In this document: piece after piece, positions 24,684 through 36,900 of the stretch | Layout of the letters: each line of letters opens with the position of its first letter | How positions within the stretch are numbered: the first letter of the stretch is position 1 | From: Raillietiella orientalis | Taxonomy: Eukaryota | DNA length: 64,000 nucleotides | Direction of reading: 5' to 3' | Assembly: GCA_036172245.1 (NCBI GenBank) | Contig: JAYWIR010000062.1 | Span: 186,001-250,000, forward strand | Position numbers and translations under genes: made by a program | The notes under the pieces: model-generated | The model's database searches: none | Told to the model about the DNA's origin: nothing | Seen by the model: only the letters and a program-made list of their open reading frames with translations

Positions 24684-27600
24684 ACCTCCTCCCCTGTTCT
24701 CGCAGCACGAAGACCGACCGGCGGAATAAGGTCCCTCGGCGGAGGGAGGGTTGCTATGGCATGGATGCTCGCGCAGCTGCTCCCCCGCAGCACTCGCTGC
24801 GCCGTCCGGGGAGCGACGCAGAAGACTCGGTAGGTCCTGCCCCTCGGAGACACCCCCTTCGTCGAATGCCATGTGTGTGGGGGGGAGGGGGAGGGGGGAG
24901 GAAGCGTTATCAAGGACTCGCGGCACTCTTCTCGCCGACCCGGTAGGAGCCACCGCAAGCATCCGCCGCCGCTGGCGCTGGTCGCTGCGCTCCGCTGCTG
25001 CTGATGCTGCTGCCCTCTACACCGAACTGAAGAGAGGCGGAGGCGGCGAACGTCCGAGCGTGAACGCAGGGTTGCCACATGCACCCCCGGAGAGGTGCTT
25101 CCCGATGAGCAGCACCGAGGCCGCCGCGCAGTGTTGCCACGCGCTCGCGGGAGACTTCGAGCCGCCTGCGCGCCCTCCGAAGGTCGCGTCTGAGGGAACG
25201 GCGACGTCCGAACTCCTCGCGGACGCACCGGGGGTAGATGGAGGAGGAGGGAGGGAGAAAAAGAAGAAAAGCAGCAAAGGAAGCGGAGGGGATGCGCTGT
25301 CCGACGAATGGGCACGTCCTAGCGTGCTCGCCGCGGTTCCTCGGGGCGTCGAAGGGCGTCCTTCAAGGCGAGGTAGGCGGGACCTCGCTTGACCTCGGCT
25401 CAGTGTCCGCCAGCGGCAATCGAATAACCCCCCGCGCGGAACCTCGAGGGGCAACAGAGAGGGGGAAGGGGGGAGAATGCGCGCGTAGTAACTATCGGGA
25501 CGGGGGGCAGACCGGGCCGTATCGCCTCCTCGCTTTCCCTCGCCTCCGGAAAACCAAGGATGACCCAGCAGCAGCTGCTGCTTCCGTTCTCCAAAGACGC
25601 GGCGCTCCCGGGCGGACCAAAGGGGCCGACCCCGCATCGCGCGGCGGTGGACCTCCTGGAGGTGACGAAAAGGCCGTCTCCTGGGAGGCTGGACAGGAGG
25701 GGTGGCCGATCCGCCTTCCGAGCGTTAGCCTGACCGGCGATCGCAGGGTCATCTGGAAGGCTGCGTGCCCATCGGTCACGATCTGAGCCTACGAGGCACC
25801 GCTATTCCCGTTTCCTGCTCCTCGTGGGCGTTCCTCCGCCCGGCTCCCCCCGTTCGCGAGCGCCTCTCTCGCGCGCTTCCTCCGGGGAAGGAGGAAAGGT
25901 CACCGCTCGTGAAGAACGACCCCCCGAGGGCATGGCAGGTTCGGGACGCCGGAAGCATGCACGCCGTGCCGTCTCCTGCGCAGACCGAGACGGGGTGGGA
26001 CGCTCCCGCGGACGGAAGGGGCGAGCCTGGCAACCCTGCGGACCGGACTGAGACCCGCCCCGGAAGTGTATCTGCGACGCGCCCGAGGAGCGGACCCGGA
26101 CACCGTGGGAGGGCCGCGCTCCTCCCGACCGAGCAGAAGCTGCGTGTTCCGGGGATGACTTTCAAGGTGACGGCCCCGGGCCGAGGGATATGCTCCTTCC
26201 CCCGGTGGGCTGTCCTCCGCTTCTTCGGCTGTGGCGGCCCGGGACCACGTGGATCCTCTGCCCGGAAGCAGGGCGAGGTGGCGACGGTGGAGTCGCCACC
26301 TCGCCCTCCCGCGCGGGGTTGAGTGGAGAGCCGCCCAGATGGCTGCCACACCCGGGGATGCGGCCAGGAAGGCGCGGAACCGGCGACCGACCGCCTCTGC
26401 CCCGGGTCGGGAGCTGCGTGGTCGCCGCCGCGTGGCGGAGACAGCGCTCGCTCGCTCGCTCCGCGTAGAGGGGGGAGAGGGAACGCGCGGGATCATGCGC
26501 GCGCGCACGCAGGCGTGCCGCCTCCGCGTCGACAAGGCAACAGGTACGACAAAAGCTGCTGCTCTCCCTCCGCGTGGGTCGCCACGGTACGCACCGAGTG
26601 CGCACGCACCTGCGCGGCGGAGAACGTCTCCAAGCAACGGCGACGGCAGCGAATGTTCCTCCTCCTCCTGCTCCTCCGATGTTCTCCCGAGAAGAGGAGG
26701 AGGCTGGAAGTTCTCTGGGTGCGAGAGAGGAGGAGGAGAGAGAGGGACAGCAGCATCGGGGGGGGGGGGGAAGGGAGGGGAGAACCGGAGACGATGACGC
26801 CGCACAAAAGAAAAAAATAGAGGGAAGATGAAGCAGACTTTCGCGCGTGGACAGCAAGAAAGGCAAAAAAAAAAAAAAAAAAAAAAGGATAGACGTTCGC
26901 CGGGAATGGACCGATGCTCTACCGCCATCTCCAGGCATCCCCTTGGCGAGCAGCAGTCACACACCGCAGGAAGAGCGGCCCAATCGATCACGCGCGTGCA
27001 TCTGACGCTGACGACGGGATGGAGAGACCCCATCGATCAAAATCGATAGGCGTTCGACTGCTGCCTCGGAATCTGCGCCTCGAGGAGGGAAGAGGCAGCG
27101 ATCGATACGTTGGGGGGAAGCGGCGGTGGAGGGCGCCCCGGGCCGAAGTGGTTGTGCGCGGCGGTGGACGAAGGGAAAAATGCGAGCGGGTGGCGTGCCC
27201 TCTCGCCGCCCGCTCCCTCCTCCCTCCGCCGCCGTGCCCAGGGCGCTGCCGTCGCCTCAGCGCCGTCCGCGGACGGGGCGGGCCGCGGGAAGCGCAACAA
27301 CAACGGGGGCGAGCGACGGCGGCGATAAGCGAGCGCGCGCGCGCGCGCGTTTGGCAACCCTTCCTGGACTGCGCGCCGGCGGTAAACAACGCGCACGCGC
27401 GCGCCGGCCGCCATTGCGTCAGCGTGCGGCCTGCGAGTGCGACGGGGAAAATGCGCGATGGTTGCTAATCGGATTGCGCGTCGACGTGTGCGAATTCCCC
27501 GTTGGTATTGCGTGACTGCGTCCCGGATCCGAGGCCGGGAGATGCAGGAAGTCACCTTCGATGATTCGGGACTCACTCTTCGGTTTTCCTTCGATTCGCT

Positions 27601-30600
27601 CCAGCTTTCGTTGCCCTCGTGTCAACTTGCATTTTTTTTTTTTTCCCCCTTCCTTCTTCCCTTTCGTGTGCCCCCCCCCCCCCCACGCTCACTCACACAC
27701 ACACATATGCACACGCCGCGCTCCTCCTCCTCCGCTTGCATGCAGTAAGAGCACCATCGCACCCATAGCAATTGCTTTTCTTGTAAACAGGAAGAGAGAA
27801 AGCAAACCGTGAAGCAAATCTCGCAGCTCCAGGGAGTCATCCTCCGTTAGCAACTCTTGCAAGCAGTGATTGACACTCGAACCATCTGCTTCCCTCATTA
27901 CGTCTAGCCGCTCGCCTTTCCTGCGTTTTTGCATCGGTCCACCCCCGCACGGAACGATGCTGGGGTGAAGCACCGCCCTACCCCCTTCCCGGCAGCGACC
28001 CCCCTATACGATGGGAGCCCCCATTGTGCTGCCGCGCCTTCCCCACTCGCGCCAGCCGGACGCCGCCTGCTCTGCGGATTCGAGACGCCGATGCCTCCGA
28101 GGTTTGGGGCGTCGCTAAGGGCCCGAGCCTGGAAGGCCCGGGGAGGGCAGCCGGTCGGCCGTGCCCGGTGCGGGCGCGCGAAGGCCCGGCTGCCTCGGAG
28201 GGCAGGGGAAAGGGGGAGAACACGGACCGAGGAAAAGCAGCGAGTCGTTTGCTCGCCAGCACGACGCGCCTCGTCCGCCCTTCCGAGCCCCGATCCCATC
28301 TGACCCCTGACCTCTCCTGGGGAGCTCACACCGGCAGCTCTCCTCTGCCCGGCGGCTTTTTCTTCTTTTTGACAGCGAAAAAAACACTTCGCGGCATTGG
28401 CGTGGGGGACGATGCGCGCCGTCCGTCGGCCACTCGTTGCTTCAGCGCGCCGCCGCCACCGACGCGCGCTGCAGCCTGTCGGGAGGACGAACGCCGCCGG
28501 ATGCCCAGCGCGGCCCCTCCCCCTTTGCCCGCGGGGAAGCGCTTCCGTCCCCTCCCCTAATCCCCGGAATGCCACCGCGGAATCTTGCGGGTCGCCTTTT
28601 TCAAAACGTCGGGAGCGGCCCTGTGCGGGTTTGCTCGGGGAGGGAGTCGCTCGCTCCTTCTTCCCCTCGTGGCAGCGGCACGGGGGGGGAGGGGGGGCTC
28701 AGCGGCGGCGTTCCGCCCGGGAGGACCGCCGCTCGTCGCGTGATGCAACGCGCGCGCGTCACAGCCGATGGACGCACCGCCTGGAGCCGCTCGCGGCGGA
28801 GGCGTTTGCGCGGTTTCCGCGGCCGCGGGATGGTCCGTCCACCCTCCTCCCTCGTCCCGTCTTTCCCACGCGGATGCGGAGGCAGAGGGGGGCTCCGCCC
28901 TGCCATTCGGGATCGCAGGGCGCTTCCCTCCGAGGCGGCCTCGAGTTCAAGGAAAGGCCACCCGGTCGGCCATCCCTCCCTTGCCCCCCGCAGCAGGGAG
29001 GAGGGGGGCGTTTCCCTCTCGGTCGTGACCCCTTTTTCTCCCCTCTGGAATGCCTTCGGGACCGAGGGCGCGCGACACGCCACGTGTGGCGCTGTCGAAA
29101 TTCCCCTCCGGGCTTTCAGGCGCCGCCTCCGGCAAGTCACGAAAGCCGCGCGAACGGATCCCTGCGGGCTTTCCTCCCTTCCGAGAGCATCCCCATTCCG
29201 CATCCCGGTCCGGCCCCCCTACGGGGGTATGGGGACCGTCAGATGGCGCTGCGGCGGCCGGGAGCGGCGCGCGCAGTCAGCGGCAGCCGCCCCTCGCAAC
29301 ATTCCTTCGTCCGGGCGTCCCACGAGGGGGCACGGCAGCGGCTGCCAGGCTCCTCCCGGAATGACGCCGGAGATGGCGACAGTCCGGGGCCCCCCCTTCC
29401 GGAAGTGCCGCCGCGCGGCACCCCTGCCCTATCTCCGTCCGCAGGCAAGGGGGTGGGGGGAAGAGAGAACCCAACGGGAGGGCTGCGCTGGGGTCTCGGG
29501 TCGCCGGCGTCGCCGTCTCGTGATGCTCGGCGACTTGGCGGGGCTGCGCGCGCGCAGTTTCGCCTCCGGCGGCGGCAATGCGGGCAGCCCCGCGCGCGGG
29601 CGAGCGAAGCAGGGGGAGGGGGGGCGGGGGAAAGGCGAGCAGGGGGCTCTGAGCACCCAGCTGGCGGGCAGCGGCGGCGCACATGCGCACCCGCACAGGT
29701 TGGTTGCGCGCATGTGCTGCCGCCGCGTGCACTCGCGTCTGTCCGGTGTGGCCGCCGCCCGGCCGCTTCGACACGCTCGAGCGGGGGCGGTCGGGAAGAG
29801 GAATTTTCGGCGCGCATCACGTGCGAGGGAAGGAGCGCGCGCGCGCGCGTGCGCATAGCGGCGGCTCTCCTGAAGGGGAGGGGGATCGAGCGCTCGGCCT
29901 TTCGTGACGGCGCGTCCTGGTCCACGCGCACCCGTCCGTTCGCGCTTCTCTCTTTGCGGGGGGAGGGAGGGAGGTTCTCGCAGGCGAGCCCTTCCTTCCC
30001 CAACAACTTCGCTCCAGAACCGGGCGGCCGAGATCGTTCCTCTCCACGGCAACGCGCGAGCTGGTCGCGGCGCCTGCCGGACACGCGTCGCGGCGGCGGC
30101 TGCCGTTCGCGCACGCGCCGTGCGGCCTTGAATTCGCCTCCGTGGCGCCTCCACCCTCCGGACGACGACGAGACCAGGTCAACGACTCCCTGCCCACGCC
30201 CAAGGTCGAGCGGAAGGGAGAGGGGAATCACGACCCCGGGGGCATCTCCCTCCGGGAGCCGGGAGCGCGCACGTGCTCGCTGCTCCCCTCCCCTCCCCTC
30301 GGCGGCGGCGGATACCGGAGGACGGTCGCTGCGCACGGGCTGCTGCCGCAAAGTGTGGACCACTTTGATTCCGTCGCCGCTCCGCGCGTGCGGGGCTCTC
30401 TCCTCTTCCAGGACGGGCGCGCGCCTTCTTCCGCAGCAGCAGTCCCTCCCTTCCCGGCCGCGCCGTGGCCGGGACGCGCGCGCGAGAGGAACGAACGGCC
30501 CTCCTGCGGGATGCGGAGATGGGCCGCAGCAGCGTTCCGCGGCTCCCGGCAGCGGGCGGGAGGGAAGGTGCTCGCGTCCATCCCTCCGGGCCGGTCGCTC

Positions 30601-30930
30601 CCTGCCCCTCCGGCCGGCTGGCGCGCACGTCGGCGACGCGTTGCACGGCTCCCCACGCCGCCGCCGCCGCCTCCTCGCGAAGCCGCGCTTCTATAAATAG
30701 AACGGCCGAGTCCACGATCCCTGGTTTAATGAGTGCTCCGGGGATTCCCGTTCTCAATATGTGGGAAGGTCCCGATTTCCAGGAGTGCAGAAAACCGCGA
30801 AAAGGATCGCGGGAGGAATTTCGTTTCTTGGCACGCCACCTGGGGCGGCTCTGTGAAAGCGCGCCGCCGGTGCGGTACTTCTCCGAGCACCCCTTGCGGC
30901 GTAACCTTGGCCACGTGTGGAAACCTGCGT

Positions 30931-30959
30931 GCTGCTGCTGCTGCTGCTGCTGCTGCTGC
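30931..30959. repeat. (CTG)n microsatellite (similar CAG/CTG runs at ~21369-21394 and ~41475-41497)
   Basis: Read directly from the sequence. Confidence 0.9.
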
Positions 30960-33900
30960 AAGACGAGTGGCGCGCGCGCCTCTCCCCTGTTCCGAATTTC
31001 GAAATCCCCTCTCTCCCCGCTTGCCTCCCCTCTCGGGAAGCCGCGAGCGCCTTGCGGCCACCGCGACGGGGATACGGCCCTCGTCACGTTGCCACGCTCC
31101 GTCCGGCGCGGGTCTCCACGACGACGGAGGGGTCCCCCAGACCGTCGTCGCCACGGAAGTCTCTGGAATTTTCGAAACGTTCGTTTCGCAATGTATTCGT
31201 CCCCTTCTCTCCCCTTTTGTGCCGCTGCTGCTGCTGCTGATGATGATGATGATGCTGATGATGCTGCGCGATGTCGCCTGGCAAGCCTGCGTTCGGATGC
31301 GGAGCTCTCCGCTCGACGTGGAAAAGCTGCAAGGGCGCGCGCGGCTGTTCCCGACGCCGACACTCTCCGAGGACGCACGCAGGGAGCGGAGTCCCTGGCT
31401 GGAGCGCGAGTGGCGTCTCTCGCGGTGCAGAAGCCAATCCACGGGCCGGCGGGACCAAAAGGGAGCGCCGTTTGCTGCGCACGGGAAAGCAGCGAACGTC
31501 AAAGACCGACGCGCGCGCGCACTCGCGCGGGAAAGGTTGCTGGGGGGCGCCCTGGAGACGGTTTCCCGGCGTGTTTGGAAAAGCTCGTGCGTAGGGAAGT
31601 GAAAGCAGGGAAATCCCACTTGCGCATACGTGCGTTTCGGATCTTCCGCCGTGGATGCGAAGCTTCCGGCCTTCTGGGAGCCTGAAATGATGATGCTGCG
31701 CGATCTTTCCCTTCCCCCTCTGCCCGTTCGCACGCCTTTCACCGGTCGTCAGTTAACCGAAATTGTGAGCTCCGCGATGCTCCGGGAGCGCGGCGCCGCA
31801 TCCCGGATCTTCGCGCGAAGCTGGGCGATTCCAAGTGTGAATTTTCCTTTTTCCCTCTCGGCGCCTACGATGGGCGTCCCCCTCCTCGGCGCAAAAAGGG
31901 CCTGCCCGTGCTGTGCTGAACGACGGCGCGGCGACCCTTCACGGGCTCGTCACCATGGATGCGTCGGAGAGGAGCGGACGCGCGTCGGCATCTTCGTTTT
32001 TTGGCTCCGGACTTTGGCGGAGCGTCCGGGGATGGCCGCCGACACGCACGCAAAGCGATCCGAGTCCTCCGCCTCGCGCCTGCCTGGTCGCCCGCGACGA
32101 CGCACGGGCGGGAGGACTCGGCTGGATGCGTTTCCGAGGCTGCTCTCCCTTTTGTGCCGCTGCGTGCGTGCGTGCGTGCGTGCGTGTTTTCCTCCTCCCC
32201 CGCTTCCTTTTTTTTTTTTTTTTTTTTTTTTTTTTCCTCTCTTCTCCTCCGCGGTCGTCGTCGCCGACAGCCTCGATGGCGAAATTTCCCCCCTCCGACC
32301 CCGGGCGCGGGCGACGGCGGCGCAGCGCAGGCAGAGGCGGCGCGGCACGAGCAGTGCAAATGCGACGACGTCTCTCTCCGCGTGCACTTGGGCCGCTCGC
32401 GCGAGCGAGCGAGCGGCCCCGTGAGTTCCTTACACGCGCGCGCGCGCTTCCGGTGTCGCCCCCGCGCGCGCCCTCCATCCCGGAGCCCCGTTTTTTTCCT
32501 TCCCGCCCCGTGCCCGCGTTTCTCTCTCTCCCTCTCCCTCTCTCGCTTTTCCTTCCTCGCTCCGCGTGCCGACCAGCGCGCCTCCGCTCCGAAGGCAGGA
32601 CGGCGTTCCGCGTAGTTTGCTTCGACCCTTGGGCGCCCCTCGAGCGATCGGTGAGGGGGTGCGCCCGCTGCGGACGCCTCCAACGCAGACGCGTACCCCC
32701 CCCCCTCTCTCTCTCTCTCTCTCCCCCCCCCGTTCTCTGGATGAACCCGCTTCACCTCGGGGATTCGCTGCAGCCTCCAGGGAGGAGCAGCGAAGCCGCG
32801 CCGCTCCACGCACGGCTCGAGGATCGCGCGCGGTCATTCATCTCTTCGGGGGGGAAACTCCCGGCTCAGTCATCTGGCGCGCGCGCGCGTCCGCCGAACA
32901 GGCGGGCCCCCTTCCTGTGCGATCCCTCCGTCCGGGGAAGGGAGACCCCCACCTCGCCGAAAATTCCCGCGGCTCTCCTCCCGGATTGAAGAGAACGCCC
33001 CGGGAGGACCCCTGCCCCGCCTCTGCGGCGGAGGTCGGGGTACGCCGCTCGTAGCTTGCGGGGGTCGGCTCATCTCTCTGCTCCTTGGAGAGGTGGAGGT
33101 CTCGTGTAAGGGCGGTGACCGCAACCCCCTCGCGCGGGTTCGCCTGCTCTCCTGGCCGCCGCTGGAGCGGAGGGCCCAGGGAGAGGCAGCCGGCAAAGGC
33201 GTCCGGCCCTGGACTTCGGAGGGCTCGAGTGAACCGGAGAGCCCTCCGATCAGAGGCGTTCCCGCCAGCTGGTCCGCCTCGGAGCTCGCGCGTGACCCCC
33301 CGTTGCTCCCAGACCTCCTGCGGCCGCGCGGGTTTCCTAGCGCGTCGCTCCCGGAGAGAACAGGCCCGGGAACAAAGGCGCCGCCGAGCCAGCCCCACTT
33401 TGCGCCCCTAGATGCCGTCGTCTCCATGGCAACGGGGCGCGCCGAGCTCGGGAGGCAGCGCTTCCCGGAAACCTGGCCGCCGGATTCCCGCCAGCTTCTC
33501 CCGGAGCGGGGCTGCTCCCTTCCGGTGCGCGCCGTCTGCCCGAAACGGACCCTCCGGACCGCGCGAGGCGGGTTCGGGTGATTTCCCTAGCGCGCGCGGC
33601 TCCCCATCGGAGGGAGCATCCCGGGAAGGCGCCACCCCTCCGGAAGGACGGAGAGCACCCGGGCCCCGCGGTGACCTCACTGAACGAACCGTTCCCGCGA
33701 CTCCCGGATTTCCCGTGTTCAGGGGATGCCGCACCTCCTGCCGTCCCCTCCCCCTGGGGAAGCTGGACGGTCGGTCCCCTGCTCCTCTTTTGTAGAGGTT
33801 GGAGAAGCCCCCGCTCCGAGTCGCGCTAGAGCAGGGCACCGCCTGGGGCCGGCCTTCCTCTGCCTTTCCGAGATTCACCCTGCCGTGCAGGAAGGCGCTG

Positions 33901-36900
33901 CACGGTAGGGTGTTTGCCGACCATCTCACGCGATCCCGGAAGGGACAGACCGCCCACCACCACCAGCCACAGCAGATCCGACGCGGGCGACATCTTGGAT
34001 GACCTCTTCCGCCGCGACCCCGCGTTTGGAGCGCGAGGGCGGGGGGTCGTGGAGAGAAGGAGAAGCAGGAAGGGGGAGAGGGAGGCGGCTGCTCGCCGTC
34101 CCCCACCTTCCGCGCCGGGTGCGCACCTGAGTTCGGTTTCGCGGGAAGGGTGGAACCCCGGGGAAGACTCCCCCGCGACTTTGCCCCGGAAACGCGCAGG
34201 GAGAGAGAAGCGGCGACGCGCTCCCGAGCGCAGGCGGTCCCCTCCCGGGGAGCAGGGCAAGGGAGGCGTGCGACGTGACCGCGCGTGGGCGGTCCAAAGC
34301 TCGCGCTCCCGGCGAGGTTTCGGGTCAACGCCTGAGGGCGGCAGCGGACCCGCCCTCCGGAAGGCGGCGGCGGAGGCTCGGGGCCCCGAGGGCGCAGGCG
34401 GTCCTCCCCGGCACGCGCTGCTGCTGCGGGGGTCACCGCAGAGGCGCCTCGGTCGGCAGGACCGTGAGCCGGACCTCCGGGGAACTCCCGCCAGCTGGGG
34501 GGCACACCTAGCCGGCCATCGGGAGGGCACCTCGACCTGGGCAGGTCTCGCGAGACGAAGGTGACGGCGAGTCTCCCGGAGGGGTTGCCAGCAGGGGATC
34601 GCCGTGGGCGTTGCCCGCGGCGTCTCTTCTCATCGAGGGAAGGGGTCCGTCCCTCTCCCATCCCCCACCCCCGGGAGTTCCCGGCCTCTTGGTCGCTTTC
34701 TTCGCTAAGCGGGCGTCCAAGGATCCGCGCGGGGCCGCAAATTCTTCCGCCGCGCCGCTCCGCCTCGGGCTCGCTCGCGGCATCGCAGTCGCGGAGGGCT
34801 CGTCGGTTGCCCTGCGCGACGGCAGGAGCGCTTCGGCCGTGTTCGATGCAAGCGAGCCGGGCAGCGGGAGAACGCATTCCCCGCGACCCTCGAGACCACC
34901 GCCGCCGCCACGGTCACGCGCACAAATAAACAAGAAGGGGGGGGGGAGCAAAAACGTAGAGCGCGTCTTCCTCCGACCCCACGAGGACGACGCTGAGAGG
35001 ATGCCCCCTGGCGCTTGAGCGCGCTCTCACCTCGAAAAAGTCTGCCCACGGCCAAAAGCAGCGCGTTCTGCCGGGTCGCACGGAGCAGCTCCCGCGCTTC
35101 CCGACGGGCGCGCGAGGGAGCGGGCCGCCGCGACGGTGGCACACCAAGTGCTCGCCCGCGCAGACATAGCCCAAGGCCGCCGCCGGCAGCGTCGTGCCCC
35201 CTGCGCGCGCGTTTCCGTCCAGGGATTCGGGGACGGCAGGAACGGAACCGTTGGCTCGATCCGTCCCGTGACCACGGCTTTGCTCGGGGGGCGGACTCCC
35301 TTCCCCCCCCCCCCCCCCGGGGCGGCCGGCCGCCGCGAGGAACGCCCGCCGCAAGCGTTCCCGCGCACGACCGGCCGCCTCCGTGTGGAAACGCGGCCCG
35401 TCTCACCCCCCACCCCACCCATTCGGGCCGCCTCTGTCTCGCTGCCACGACCGGCGGAACTCCCGCCGTGTCAACGCCGACTCGCAGCGCGCGTGCCGCG
35501 TGCGAACGCCCTTACACCGATCGATATGCTTCGGCCAGCCGATGCATTGTTGCCAAGTCTTCTCCTGTCTGTTCCATGAAGAATTTTCCTTCTCCCCCCC
35601 CTTCCCTCCCTCGCTCCGTGCGTGCGTGCGTGCGTGCGTGTGTGTGTCGCTTGTACGTGTCGATGTAGGTGTGTTGGTGTTGCACAATCCAGCGAGCGAG
35701 CGGAATCATGACGGTGATGGAGATCATCTGCGCGCTCTCTTCAAGACGCGTCAGCATCCTGGCGTGGGCCGCGTCTGCGAATCGCAGTGTTCCCAGTGGT
35801 TCACAGCGCGGCCCGAGGCGTTCGTTCGTTGGTCCTCCCCAGCGCGGCCGCGGCCCACCGAACGTGGCCGGCCTTGGCAGAAGCAGCTTTTCAATGACGA
35901 AAGTTGTCACTCGGCGGCTGCTGGCAAGCAACGGGAGCAGAAGTGCGACGCACGAATTCGGTGCGACTTTTGAGACCAAAGCAAACGCGCGCAGACATAG
36001 CGCGACCACCCCTTTCCGACCATCGGGGTCGCCGTGGCGACGAAAGGGGGAAAGCGGCGCGCACGCGCTTTAGCGCGGTCCCTCCGTCGGATCGGATGGA
36101 GAGCATCTGTGGAAACGCACATGCGAGAAGGGTAGGGCTCCCGGCGAGACGCAACGAATGTCCACTCCGGATGCTGCACCGGCGAAGTGCTTCGGATCTT
36201 CTTCGAAAAAACCCGCGAAAAAAAAAATCTCGCGCGCGTCCCCTCCACGGCGGGCGACGGCGAGCGTGCGTTGCTACGTCTGGGTTGGCAGGCAGAGGTC
36301 CTGCTCGTAGAGGACGCGCCGCGGTCCTTCCAGCTTCCGCAGCACCTGCATCTTCCTCGAGGAAGGCTCTTGAGTTCGGCGCCAGCGATGGACGCTGCTT
36401 CGACTTGGTTGGCGCGCGCGGCTCTCCGAACGGGCGATGCTCTCTCCGCGAAGAGTTGCGCGGGCGGCGCATGCGCCGTGCTGCTGCTCAGCCGATGCGT
36501 CGCTCCGGGTGACGCGGCCGCCTTCCCCTGGCGATCCGTGGCCCCGCGCGCGCGGCCACGTTGTGTCGATTCGGTGAACTTCGGACAGCACGCGGAGAGC
36601 GTTGCGAAGGGGCGAAAGTCCTACGCGGTTGCCAAGAGCGCCCAGCAATGGCGGCGGCGGTGGGGAGGATGGAAGGGCAGCGACGCGATGGCTGCGAGCG
36701 ACCGCCGAGCGAGGCGCGCGGCGTCCGCCCGCCCTCGGCTCAGCTCTCGCGGTCCGCGGAGCCCCCGGGCCGCAACGCGCGCGGGGTGGTTTCTAGGTTA
36801 CAGCGAGAGAGGGCTCTCCACATCGCCACAGCTTCTCCCGGGCGACTCGCGCGTCTCCCGCCGCGCCGGGCCTTCGCGACCACGGGCGAGCGGAATGGTG

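Noticed and set aside
27689..27973. Protein-like ORF (LQELLTEDDSLELRDLLHG) as an alternative Ssdp first exon
   Set aside because: The nearest donor is phase 1 while Ssdp exon 2 needs phase 2, and no homology was recognised.
28397..30700. 767-aa ORF, plus 528-aa (23376-24962) and 489-aa (33408-34877) ORFs
   Set aside because: Low-complexity GC-driven translations crossing homopolymers and microsatellites, with no family motifs.
35700..35900. QWF...W..P..P.E peptide resembling a Tc1/mariner WP..SPDLNPIE region
   Set aside because: The catalytic QDNA and SPDL residues are absent and there are no terminal inverted repeats. The similarity is within chance.
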